DNA of 54,695 nucleotides, taken from IMG/VR virus record IMGVR_UViG_3300024268_000027, one strand, 5' to 3'. The notes under the pieces were generated by a model. That model saw nothing but the letters and a program-made list of their open reading frames with translations, was not told where the DNA came from and ran no database searches. The DNA comes from an uncultured virus (IMG/VR IMGVR_UViG_3300024268_000027). Lineage: Duplodnaviria; Heunggongvirae; Uroviricota; Caudoviricetes. The position numbers and the translations under genes are program-made. Positions 29,132 to 38,232 of this stretch are shown piece by piece; positions within the stretch are counted from its first letter, which is position 1, and each line of letters opens with the position of its first letter.

Positions 29132-30745
29132 TCACTTTTTGTTAACAATTCCGTTAACAGTCTGGTCGCCAACAATGTAGTTGTATGACAAACTTTCAGG
29201 TAAAAGTTTCTTTTCAGAAATTGTTCCTGTTAGTTCGAATGCATCAACGCTCTCACTAAAGTGTCTGTTCTTACCAACAAACTTAACACGACCTTCACCA
29301 TCAGTTGTAAATGCTTCAAATACGAATCCGGTATTCTTTTCAGACCCTGAAGTAAACTTGATAGTTCCCTCAACAATCATGCTTGATTCAGTTGTAGAAA
29401 CATTAGTTGTTTTGAAGGACTCAACATTTTCATAGATATTCTTAAGATAAGCTTCTCCAAGCTCGTCTAATCCTTCCTCATCAACCTCATCCACTTCAAG
29501 CTCAATGTCGTCAGTATTTGCTGCAGGATCGGTATCTTCCACTGCGCCAACATCAGCAGGAACATCATTTTGAGCTTCAATTTCTGCAATTGTATCATCA
29601 GACAATGGTGCAATTACTTGATCGCCTCCTTCAGCAGGAACAGGCTCTGCAGTAAGAGTAACCTTACCATCTTCATCTTCATCTACTTCAATATGAGTAC
29701 CGTTAGCAGTAAGTGACAACTCCTCAATAGACTCATCAAGGTGTTTGTCCTTCTTAGCCTTATCCGCCTCATACTCAGCAATATCTTGCTCAAGTTCTTC
29801 AATGTCTTCCTTGCTCAAACCGTTCATAACTGTTTCATTACCACTCATAAGTGCTTTAAGAACAGCTTTATTTTCAACATGAGTCATAAGATCATTCAAC
29901 TTGGTTGTTCTGTATTCACCCTTATTACCAATGTTAACAGCCATTTCTCCTAACTCAGTAAAACAACGAATAATTGTTGCAGCATCAGCACCAACTCTTG
30001 TTGCAACCTTCTTAACATTGTCAATAATCTTACCCTCAGTTAGGATTTCTTCTTCGACTTCAATACTTTCAAACAATTCAAGATCTTCTGGGAAATTTCG
30101 GGAAGTTTCCTCGTACCAAGCTGCAATGTTTTCAGGATTCATTTCCTGATCACCTGCTTCAAATAGATCAACTACTGACCACAAGTAAGTAATAGCTTCT
30201 TTTGTCTTACAAGCGTGTCCCTTAGATCTCAGAAAACTTTTCAGATTATCCATACCGTCCTGAATAGCGTCATGATCAAACCCCTCATCGAGTTTTTCAA
30301 CAACAGGATCAACCTCAGGAGCGTCCTCTGGTGTATCTACAACAGGATCAGCCTCAACAGAGGGTTCTGCCGCTGGTTCCTCAGCAGGAGTTTCTTGTTC
30401 AAATGGCTTGATCTCGCCAACAACAGTAAATCCTGATAGTTCTCCACAATAAGGGCACTGCATCTCAGGATTTACAACACCATCCTCATCAATGACAACA
30501 TCTTGTTTGTCTTCAAAGATATGAGAATGACAAACATTACAATTGATAATTACCTTACCAATGTAAGAATCGGATACGGCATCTTCTGTTTCAGCAGTAG
30601 GATCAATAACCTTAACAATGTCGGAAGCGTCATCTTCTTCCATGAAATCAGCCAAGCCATTCATGCCAGTAAGAGATGTATCAAACATTTCCTCATTTAG
30701 AGCATTGAGTCGCTTGAATGCTTCATTGATATAATCAAAGCTCAT
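29132..30745 (-). CDS. Acidic protein with zinc ribbon, probable prohead core / internal protein
   Basis: CNVC...CPYC; very acidic; many hydrophobic-x-E-[SAG] motifs. Confidence 0.55.
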   Translation of the reverse strand: MSFDYINEAFKRLNALNEEMFDTSLTGMNGLADFMEEDDASDIVKVIDPTAETEDAVSDSYIGKVIINCNVCHSHIFEDKQDVVIDEDGVVNPEMQCPYCGELSGFTVVGEIKPFEQETPAEEPAAEPSVEADPVVDTPEDAPEVDPVVEKLDEGFDHDAIQDGMDNLKSFLRSKGHACKTKEAITYLWSVVDLFEAGDQEMNPENIAAWYEETSRNFPEDLELFESIEVEEEILTEGKIIDNVKKVATRVGADAATIIRCFTELGEMAVNIGNKGEYRTTKLNDLMTHVENKAVLKALMSGNETVMNGLSKEDIEELEQDIAEYEADKAKKDKHLDESIEELSLTANGTHIEVDEDEDGKVTLTAEPVPAEGGDQVIAPLSDDTIAEIEAQNDVPADVGAVEDTDPAANTDDIELEVDEVDEEGLDELGEAYLKNIYENVESFKTTNVSTTESSMIVEGTIKFTSGSEKNTGFVFEAFTTDGEGRVKFVGKNRHFSESVDAFELTGTISEKKLLPESLSYNYIVGDQTVNGIVNKK

Positions 30746-30797
30746 TGTTTAATTACCTTCCTCAGTATTCTTTGTAAATTATCAGTTGTAAGTTATC

Positions 30798-31520
30798 TTA
30801 ATCAATACCGTAAACAAGTTGTGTACTTGCTTTAAGCTCTTCACGAAGTGCAGTAAGCTCAGTAGTACCTTCTTGCAACAATGTGTCTCCGTCCAAAACC
30901 CACAAGGCATTAGACTGTTTGAATTTAGTTCTAACACGACCAACAACAACCTTTGTTTGAGCTACTGCATGTCGAATAAGTACATCAATCCAAAAATCCG
31001 ATGTTATCTGTGAAACATCATCAAAACGAGGAACATAGATAACAGTTATCGTTTCTGGTAAGTTAGATGCAACATTGACATACAACTTCTCACTCATCTT
31101 GTCATAATTAAATGCAAGATCAGTTGATGTTGTATTCTTGATTTGTAGAATTGTATTCCATGATGCGTAGTTATACGCATAGTCTGTTAGGTTTCTAACA
31201 TTTCCTAATCCAGACAAAATCTGCCATTGGCTTGCGTACATTGGATCCATAACAGCTTGACCAGTTGAATCCTGCTCAACCATGTATCCTTCTGCACGTC
31301 GAACTCCGATAACAGCACTAACCTTATGTTTACATTGAGTCATATCAATGCATTTTGAAAAAGGAATTGTTTCGATTACAACAGTATCTATATATCTCTG
31401 AATCTCTCTTAAACTTGAATTAACAATTTTTGTTAGAGAAGCATCAGACAATTCCATATCAAGAACATCACCAGTGAGTTTTAACTGGATTTCTTCTTTG
31501 ATAGCTTGCATATCCATCAA
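30798..31520 (-). CDS. Neck / head-tail adaptor protein (T4 gp13-like)
   Basis: IQLKLTGDVLDMEL...AQTKVVVGRVRTKF...LDGDTLLQEGTTELTALREEL. Confidence 0.8.
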   Translation of the reverse strand: MMDMQAIKEEIQLKLTGDVLDMELSDASLTKIVNSSLREIQRYIDTVVIETIPFSKCIDMTQCKHKVSAVIGVRRAEGYMVEQDSTGQAVMDPMYASQWQILSGLGNVRNLTDYAYNYASWNTILQIKNTTSTDLAFNYDKMSEKLYVNVASNLPETITVIYVPRFDDVSQITSDFWIDVLIRHAVAQTKVVVGRVRTKFKQSNALWVLDGDTLLQEGTTELTALREELKASTQLVYGID

Positions 31521-31538
31521 TAACTCACCTCACAAGTA

Positions 31539-31585
31539 ATAATGAGCTTGTCGATTCATATAACACGAAACAACAAGCTCATTAT
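31539..31585. repeat. 13-bp inverted repeat (hairpin) upstream of the gp13-like gene
   Basis: ATAATGAGCTTGT (31539-31551)/ACAAGCTCATTAT (31573-31585), 21-nt loop. Confidence 0.7.
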
Positions 31586-31591
31586 CATGGA

Positions 31592-31903
31592 TTACTCAGT
31601 TTCGGTCTCGTCATCACCGGTGTCAGTTTCGTCTCCCTCGTCACCATCAACTGTTGTATCAGGATCAGTTACTGATTCCTCTTCACCGTCTTCAACTGGA
31701 TCGGTAGGTTCCTGTTCAGGCTCTGTTACATTATCAGTAACATCCTCAGCAGGAGCATCTTCACGAGCAGCCATAACCTGACCGTTAACACTAATTGTTC
31801 CCTTAGCATGATCAATTCTGATAACATACTCAGGATTTGCAACAGGTTTGTTGCTCTCGAATGTAACGCAGATATCGCGTTCTGCATTCTGATATACAAA
31901 CAT
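31592..31903 (-). CDS. Small protein with long acidic low-complexity tail
   Basis: AGGAG SD; about 45-aa folded-looking N-terminus followed by a D/E/T/P-rich tail. Confidence 0.7.
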   Translation of the reverse strand: MFVYQNAERDICVTFESNKPVANPEYVIRIDHAKGTISVNGQVMAAREDAPAEDVTDNVTEPEQEPTDPVEDGEEESVTDPDTTVDGDEGDETDTGDDETETE

Positions 31904-31963
31904 ATTAGATTCTCCTAAGAAAATTAGTTTTTCAGTATGTATACAACTCTATAGTTATATATT

Positions 31964-31974
31964 GTTATATACAA
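31964..31974 (-). promoter_or_regulatory. Motif TTGTATATAAC
   Basis: Intergenic, upstream of the ORF starting at 31903. Confidence 0.55.
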
Positions 31975-32072
31975 TTAGTGACTACAAGTCACTTACTTAT
32001 ATTTACTACAAATAATATAATACTCACTTCGTTCGTATTATATAGATGTAAAATTTTTAATTCAACTTGAAA

Positions 32073-32555
32073 TCAATTTTGATTGAAATGACGCTTTCTT
32101 GCATCGCGAATATCATTCATCATTCCTTCTGCCCAAGAGTTACCACCACGCATTCTGTAAATTGCATATCGATGTTCAAGTAATTCAAACTCATAGTGGT
32201 CAAGAGGTTTTCCTTGTTGAACTGATTGTTCCCAAGATCTTTTTATGACATATTTGATATTCAGGTTATCTGATTCATTTAACCACTCAAGACACTGCTT
32301 GATTGAGTCAAGTGACTGTAGAATCTTGTTTTCCTCTTCAATCAAATTTTCGATCTTTTCTTCACCCGCCACGAAACGATCTTCAACAGCATCGTCTTCA
32401 GCTTGAGCTTCCTGTCCCGCTTCAAATGCATCTTGTTGATTTTTCTTATGTTGTTTACAAACATTGATGATCCATGTCACACCTTTAATGATCTGAGGGA
32501 TCATAACAACAAGCACAAGAATGACCATTCCGATATTTTGTGCAGTTAATTCCAT
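32073..32555 (-). CDS. Holin-like membrane protein
   Basis: Single N-terminal hydrophobic helix, coiled coil, C-terminal YAIYRMRGGNSWAEGMM resembling a motif common in Bacillota phage lysis-region proteins. Confidence 0.55.
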   Translation of the reverse strand: MELTAQNIGMVILVLVVMIPQIIKGVTWIINVCKQHKKNQQDAFEAGQEAQAEDDAVEDRFVAGEEKIENLIEEENKILQSLDSIKQCLEWLNESDNLNIKYVIKRSWEQSVQQGKPLDHYEFELLEHRYAIYRMRGGNSWAEGMMNDIRDARKRHFNQN

Positions 32556-32658
32556 TGTGTTGCTACTTTCCTATATAGTAGTTGAATACTATACATTGTT
32601 AATATATTATCGTAGTAAGAAATAACAACAATCCTCAAACTGCCATGATTTCTTCATT

Positions 32659-32669
32659 ATTATATACAT
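32659..32669 (-). promoter_or_regulatory. Near-match motif ATGTATATAAT
   Basis: Downstream of the capsid terminator and upstream of the holin-like gene; sits in a weak hairpin. Confidence 0.45.
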
Positions 32670-32714
32670 GAGAATACATAACAGTTAAGTTACAACGATT
32701 GGTTCTCATATACT

Positions 32715-32751
32715 AAAAATACGGAGGAGGATTCATTTCCTCCTCCGTATT
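32715..32751 (-). terminator. Intrinsic terminator after the major capsid gene
   Basis: 14-bp inverted repeat AATACGGAGGAGGA/TCCTCCTCCGTATT with a T-run on the minus strand. Confidence 0.88.
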
Positions 32752-32775
32752 GTTTAACTTGTTGTATCTTACTGA

Positions 32776-34062
32776 TTAAGCAGTAACACGACCTGCAACA
32801 AGCAAGTTCTTGTTCAGCATCTTCAGATCATACAGAGTGGACCAGCCTTGGCTCATACCACCATCAGCATAACCGAGCAACTGAGTAGGAACAATTGCCA
32901 TGTAAGGTGCATAAACAGCTGCAGAAGACATCATATCGTTGCCATTGCAACCAACAACAAACTTACCAGCCTCAATGTTAGGAGTTACGAAAACTTTCAA
33001 ACCATTGATAGTACCAGCGAAGTAAGGACCATTGATCTGACCTGCAGGAGCAGCATTCCAGCTCTTAACAACGGAGAGAACAGGAAGCAAGTTAGAAGCA
33101 CAGATCACATAGTTAGGAGCAAACTTCTTGGTTGCATCGTAGATCTTCTGCTTAGCAATCTCAAGAATTTCTGCGAAACCTTCGTAGTGCTCAGCTTTGG
33201 AAACACCAACAGGAAGAGTCTTGCTCCAAACGAGCTCAGCATCTTCAGCAGCATTCTCAACGAGCATGTTTGTGATTTCTGTGTCAATTTCGTAGGAAAG
33301 CTCACCAACAGCCTTCTCAGCGAGCTGATCGCCCAGATCCACACCGTAATCGGTCTTTGCTTGGTAAGCAGCAATCTGGCTGTAGTAAACAGCAATTCTA
33401 CGTGCCTTAGCAACCAAGGAGATGGACTTCATCTCAGCCTTGATCATAGGCAGATCGTTCTGAGGAACAACAATGTTGTTGTAGAGGTACTTAACACGAG
33501 TAGCGCCTTCAGGAGCAGCAAATGTGCCATCCTCAGCAGCCTCAACTGCTACCCAACCATCAGCGGTCTCAACCTGAACACTCTTAGGAAGAACAGGAGT
33601 CCAAGCGAACTTGATCTTACCAGCGTCATCCGTAACGATGTCTTCAACAACAGCAGCACCAGTAAATGCGGTATCAACATCACCGAAGCCGAAAGGATTG
33701 CTAATCAGATTACCCTGAGCAGTTGCGCCCTTGTTAGAAGCATACTGATACTCAATGTAGGTGATGTAACCAGACATAGAGCTCATAGGATGCACAATAA
33801 CAAGATCATGAGCAATCAAGTTAGGCAGAGCAACAGTAGTTAAGTTCAAAGCAAATTTCTTGAACATACCCATGTCACTTCTCTGAGTACCAACGGACTG
33901 ATCAAATGCCTCGTTCATAAACTTATTTGTATTCTCGAGACATTTTGCAACAACGAGCTTACGATTCTGGCTCATTGCCTCACCACCGTGCATTTTACCA
34001 TACACAGTATTAGCAACAGCTAGACGATTCTTGTAAGCTTCAAAAAGACTTTTTGTAGCCAT
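32776..34062 (-). CDS. Major capsid protein (T4 gp23-like)
   Basis: PNLIAHDLVIVHPMS, SLVAKARR, LSYEIDTEI, AVYAPYMAI motifs; strongly biased codon usage. Confidence 0.95.
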   Translation of the reverse strand: MATKSLFEAYKNRLAVANTVYGKMHGGEAMSQNRKLVVAKCLENTNKFMNEAFDQSVGTQRSDMGMFKKFALNLTTVALPNLIAHDLVIVHPMSSMSGYITYIEYQYASNKGATAQGNLISNPFGFGDVDTAFTGAAVVEDIVTDDAGKIKFAWTPVLPKSVQVETADGWVAVEAAEDGTFAAPEGATRVKYLYNNIVVPQNDLPMIKAEMKSISLVAKARRIAVYYSQIAAYQAKTDYGVDLGDQLAEKAVGELSYEIDTEITNMLVENAAEDAELVWSKTLPVGVSKAEHYEGFAEILEIAKQKIYDATKKFAPNYVICASNLLPVLSVVKSWNAAPAGQINGPYFAGTINGLKVFVTPNIEAGKFVVGCNGNDMMSSAAVYAPYMAIVPTQLLGYADGGMSQGWSTLYDLKMLNKNLLVAGRVTA

Positions 34063-34100
34063 GATATATCTCCAACTATAAATAATATTTTGTTTTAACT

Positions 34101-35669
34101 TTATGCTAAGAAGTTGTTTAATGTTGTATCAACTTCATCATCAATTCTGTCATCATTGTGAGCAGAACTAATAACTTCTCTTGATTCTTTGATAGTCATT
34201 TTAACTGGGGCTTTACCTACATTGAAAGGAAGGGCATTAACAGTTAACTTATACTTCCGAAGATCTTCGCAAACATGATCAATATCATTGAATGAATAAT
34301 TTTCGTTCAGTCGTTTCTTGATGTCATCAACTGACACTCCGATACGACTAGCTTGAGAACTGATATATCTTTCCACTGCTGTTTTAGCAATAGTCTTGTA
34401 CTTTTCAGTTAACTCTTGTGCTCGAACTATTTTTGCGGAAGCTTGACTACGAATAATCTGAGAGTCTTTCTTACTTTCAGCAAGTGCTTCAGTAAGTTTT
34501 TCACATTCAGTTTCCTTATCAGCAAGCTTCTTATCGAAGCCTTCTTGTAAGGACTTGATTGTGCCTTGAAGTTTCTTGATTTCAGAATCTCTTGCTGTTA
34601 AACTTTCTGTTAACTGTTGATTCTTACCTCTACCAACTCCAAGTCGCTCTTTCAAAGAGCTAATTGTTGCTTGATGTTCTGCAATTGTATTTTGTGCAGT
34701 TGCATTTTCTGCAACTTTTGTTTCCAACTGCTCCACAAGCTTTCTGTTTTCATCTTGTGCTTCAGCAAGGTCTTGTTTTGTTTGTCCTAAAACCGCACTA
34801 TACCGAGCTTCCTTCGTATAACAAACTGATAACTTTTCTTGTAACGATTTTACTTTCTGCTCAAGTTCTTGCTGTGCTTTAAGTGCTTCTTGTAATTCTT
34901 GAACTAACTCATCGGCTCCGTTATCTTCGGCTGCCACTTCGGTTCCTTCTTGAATTTCAGATTCACTTGGTATATTATCAGTAGCAGTTGATTCTTCAAC
35001 TGCACTGGTATTTTCTTCTGTATAATCAACTTTTAGATCATCCAGAGTTTTCATCATGATTTTCTTTTCATCCTCAGTTGAGCTTTCAAGTGCTTCTTGT
35101 AAAGCTTTCTTCAAATTAACTTTATTTGTATCTAGTGACTCATTAACAACTGCAAGTCGTGCAGTTTTCACAGCCGGTAGAAGAACTGCATCCCAGCACT
35201 CACAATCATATGTGTCAGCGTCAACAGTTTCACCACCATCGTAGTCTTCAAATGTGTCACCGGAGCCACGACTTGACACACCAATTCGTGTACCATAATC
35301 ACAGAATGTTTTCAAGATACGTCCGTTAGGAGTATCAAGAATATCAAACACACCATAAAGTTTTCCGTCATTGCCTTTCTTGGGAGGTTCGGCTAAGCAG
35401 ATACAAACTTTTTCCATATCTACTTCCTGTCTGTCAACAGGATGACCTAATTCACCGAACAAGCATCTGTTTTCAAATTTTTCTCTAATCAAAGGATTGT
35501 TGAAAGTTTTATCCCAAAGCTCTTCTGTATATCTACGACCATTTCTGGTAGCATTTTTGAAATCTGCAATTATACCAACAAGTCTGCCAAGGATACCACG
35601 CTCACGCTGTTCTTCGGCAGTCAGTTTCTGGTACTGCATTTCGTTATTCACATTGTAATGTTCTAACAT
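34101..35669 (-). CDS. Prohead protease (gp21-like) fused to a coiled-coil scaffold
   Basis: NGRRY, GELGHP (His), DTPNGRI, GVSSRGSG (Ser), WDAVLLPA (Asp); about 330-aa heptad-rich C-terminal extension. Confidence 0.9.
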   Translation of the reverse strand: MLEHYNVNNEMQYQKLTAEEQRERGILGRLVGIIADFKNATRNGRRYTEELWDKTFNNPLIREKFENRCLFGELGHPVDRQEVDMEKVCICLAEPPKKGNDGKLYGVFDILDTPNGRILKTFCDYGTRIGVSSRGSGDTFEDYDGGETVDADTYDCECWDAVLLPAVKTARLAVVNESLDTNKVNLKKALQEALESSTEDEKKIMMKTLDDLKVDYTEENTSAVEESTATDNIPSESEIQEGTEVAAEDNGADELVQELQEALKAQQELEQKVKSLQEKLSVCYTKEARYSAVLGQTKQDLAEAQDENRKLVEQLETKVAENATAQNTIAEHQATISSLKERLGVGRGKNQQLTESLTARDSEIKKLQGTIKSLQEGFDKKLADKETECEKLTEALAESKKDSQIIRSQASAKIVRAQELTEKYKTIAKTAVERYISSQASRIGVSVDDIKKRLNENYSFNDIDHVCEDLRKYKLTVNALPFNVGKAPVKMTIKESREVISSAHNDDRIDDEVDTTLNNFLA

Positions 35670-35725
35670 AATACAACCTACCTGTTCCTAAGTACAGCAA
35701 AGCATACTAATTCTTTTGATAAAAT

Positions 35726-35734
35726 GTTATACAA
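35726..35734 (-). promoter_or_regulatory. Short motif variant TTGTATAAC upstream of the protease-capsid genes
   Basis: Intergenic, minus strand GCTAAATTGTATAAC. Confidence 0.4.
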
Positions 35735-35777
35735 TTTAGCGCTTATTATCTGACTTAATTTATTTTGAATACAGTTA

Positions 35778-36242
35778 TCAAATATTTTTACTAATGTATT
35801 CAAATGCCTTCAGATCGGCTTTGATAATCTGTAAAACTTTGATACATGGAACCAGATCATATGTTCTACTATAGTTCAGTAGAACTTGATTTATTTCTTC
35901 CATTCTTGTATGCGACATGAACATCTTTGTATCTTCAACATTATTCATGTAAAGAAGTATCTGTAAGTTTAGTGCTGCCAATGTTGTTAGTACTGAATGA
36001 GAACAGTCTGTTTCATCACAAGTGACAATGTTTTTGTAAAGATTTGATCTTTTATGATTGTAACTTTTTCTAAGTTTATCATAGAACAAATTTGCATCAA
36101 ATGGTCTATGATCGTTGATGAATTTAACAACAGCAATATCGACTTCTGAACTTTTTACTGCCTTCTGCAGCATCACAGATGTGTCAATTCCACGACTAGA
36201 TAGTTCAGAAAGTAAAAGAATACAGTCTCTTCTTGTTATCAT
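35778..36242 (-). CDS. Hypothetical helical protein between portal and protease; start revised to MITRRD
   Basis: 154 aa; the longer TTG/ATG-extended version runs through a hairpin-rich intergenic region. Confidence 0.65.
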   Translation of the reverse strand: MITRRDCILLLSELSSRGIDTSVMLQKAVKSSEVDIAVVKFINDHRPFDANLFYDKLRKSYNHKRSNLYKNIVTCDETDCSHSVLTTLAALNLQILLYMNNVEDTKMFMSHTRMEEINQVLLNYSRTYDLVPCIKVLQIIKADLKAFEYISKNI

Positions 36243-36243
36243 A

Positions 36244-36254
36244 ATTATATACAA
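36244..36254 (-). promoter_or_regulatory. Motif TTGTATATAAT between SD-like GGAAAGGA and ATG
   Basis: Exact 11-mer ending 1 nt before the ATG at 36242. Confidence 0.5.
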
Positions 36255-36381
36255 TTTCCTTTCCCAGTTATTACTGGCTAAACAAGTTGCGCTAAGGCGC
36301 AAACTGCACATAATAAGTTGTATAAGAGGAGAAGGTTAAAACAAAAATCTCCTCATTTTCTCTTGTAGTTTAGGAAGATCT

Positions 36382-38223
36382 TTAATCCAGATTTGGATTA
36401 GTAGCATCTGATACATCTCCAATATCAAGCTCATCAGGAGTAGGCAATGTATCATCTTCCGAATCATCAGTCACTTCCGTGTCTGTAGTTGAAGAGGTAT
36501 CAAACGACATATCAAGATCGGAACCGCCGGATCCGAAGTCAAGCGGCTCATCACCGAAAGCATCTTCATCCGTTGTAATATCCTCAGGATCACTTTCGTC
36601 TTCGAGAGCCTCTAGTGCTTCAATTTCTTCTTGAATCAACTGAATAACATCCGTATCAGAGATGGTGTTACTGAGCAAGGATTTCAAGATCTTCAATTTA
36701 GTTGTTGTATTCTCAACATCTGCCAATGTATCCATGATGTCTCTAACAAGTCCAACTTTATTGCTCAAGTTATCTCTACGATCGACTTCCTCCTGAGTTG
36801 TAGGAGCTTGCATCTTGAGCGTAAACTTGTTGATATATGCATCATTTCCTGTGTCAATCAGTATCAAATTGATTGCATCAGTTAACATCTGAATGATTGT
36901 GTTCTGAATGCGCTTGATCATTTTTGCGTATCTAGAAGAAATAATTGATAGTGATTGTCCACCGCTAAATCCTGCATTGTCATCCGTTACACCAAAATAT
37001 TGTTTAGGGACACGAAGGTTGCCGAAAAATTTATCTTGATAGTAAGACAAATCTGCAAGATCACCAATCTTTACATCTCCACCAATCTGTTGTGTTGTAA
37101 TAACACCTTGTTGATTTCTTGTTGGGATGTAAACATTGTTAGCCACGGGGCCTGGGTTTGTATATTCCCCCATCGACTTGCCAACATCAAGAGCTGCTTT
37201 CTGCTCAATAAGTTGCTTTACGCTCATCAAGTGAGGTTGTACATTTTCCTTCGGCATATCCCCAACTTCAACGCCTATAACACGAACAATGGAGGATTGT
37301 GTAACTCTGTTCAATAGAACTGAGTTTTCCAACAACATAAGTTGGCGCCAAATCTTATATGTACTATAAAGTAAGGATTGTCCTCTCTTTACATTGTAAC
37401 TGATAGACTTGTCGTCACTTACAAACAACTCCACTTCTTCAGGAGTTCTACTGCTGTTATCTTCTAAACAAGCATGAACAAATTCAGTGGGAGGATATAG
37501 TTCCACATCATTCTTGTTAAAGGAATATTTGTTAAAGATAGACGACATTGAATAACTATCTTTATTCTGTCTTGTTGACTCAATATCGGTTTTAATATAT
37601 GCTGCAGTTTTACCAAATCTTGTAAGCTCAAACACTTGTGCAGGATTTGGCATCTGCTCTAAGTAGTGAACATAATTATCATGTTTACTGTAAGCCATGA
37701 TCTTAACATCTTCATTCAGATTCTGTTTAGCTTTTGGCTTGTCGAACAGTAGATCGTCATATTCTGACTCTCTATACAGTCGGAGATAAACATCTCCATA
37801 CTTACATAAACTGTAAGTCCACTTGTAAACATTCTTGTCAACATTTAGTGCGTTCAAAAGATATGTTACAAATTTAAGAGCCTCACTGTCACTTGACTCC
37901 GCCCAAACAATTGCGCCCGCATCATTTGTTTCAGTGGCATCTTCTGCATAAGTTTCCAGTACAGCTGCAATGATTGAATCATCACCCATATCATCTAACG
38001 TATCGTAGATTTCGTTTCTACTTCTAGATACTTGAGTAAAAGAGTTCAACGAGTTAACATCGAACTGACTTGTTTGCATTGTTTCAACAACATTGTCAAG
38101 CACTCTGTTATCTAAGTCAATACCTATTTCATGCTGTGGAACTGGAACAGGTTTTACTTTTTTATCAAAAAGCGCAGGATCCTGTTCTGGAAACGCACTA
38201 TTTCTAATTGTATCTTTATCCAT
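36382..38223 (-). CDS. Portal protein (T4 gp20-like)
   Basis: IAAVLETYAEDAT, LCKYGDVY, WRQLMLLENSVLLNRV...RVIGVEVGDMP, LRVPKQYF; acidic C-terminal tail. Confidence 0.92.
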   Translation of the reverse strand: MDKDTIRNSAFPEQDPALFDKKVKPVPVPQHEIGIDLDNRVLDNVVETMQTSQFDVNSLNSFTQVSRSRNEIYDTLDDMGDDSIIAAVLETYAEDATETNDAGAIVWAESSDSEALKFVTYLLNALNVDKNVYKWTYSLCKYGDVYLRLYRESEYDDLLFDKPKAKQNLNEDVKIMAYSKHDNYVHYLEQMPNPAQVFELTRFGKTAAYIKTDIESTRQNKDSYSMSSIFNKYSFNKNDVELYPPTEFVHACLEDNSSRTPEEVELFVSDDKSISYNVKRGQSLLYSTYKIWRQLMLLENSVLLNRVTQSSIVRVIGVEVGDMPKENVQPHLMSVKQLIEQKAALDVGKSMGEYTNPGPVANNVYIPTRNQQGVITTQQIGGDVKIGDLADLSYYQDKFFGNLRVPKQYFGVTDDNAGFSGGQSLSIISSRYAKMIKRIQNTIIQMLTDAINLILIDTGNDAYINKFTLKMQAPTTQEEVDRRDNLSNKVGLVRDIMDTLADVENTTTKLKILKSLLSNTISDTDVIQLIQEEIEALEALEDESDPEDITTDEDAFGDEPLDFGSGGSDLDMSFDTSSTTDTEVTDDSEDDTLPTPDELDIGDVSDATNPNLD

Positions 38224-38232
38224 TCAACATCC

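Noticed and set aside
32848..33843. 331-aa plus-strand ORF antisense to the major capsid gene
   Set aside because: Shadow ORF expected from the strongly biased codon usage of the capsid gene; no SD or recognisable motifs
34077..34084. T4 late promoter consensus TATAAATA upstream of the capsid gene
   Set aside because: It is on the plus strand, opposite to gene orientation, in AT-rich sequence
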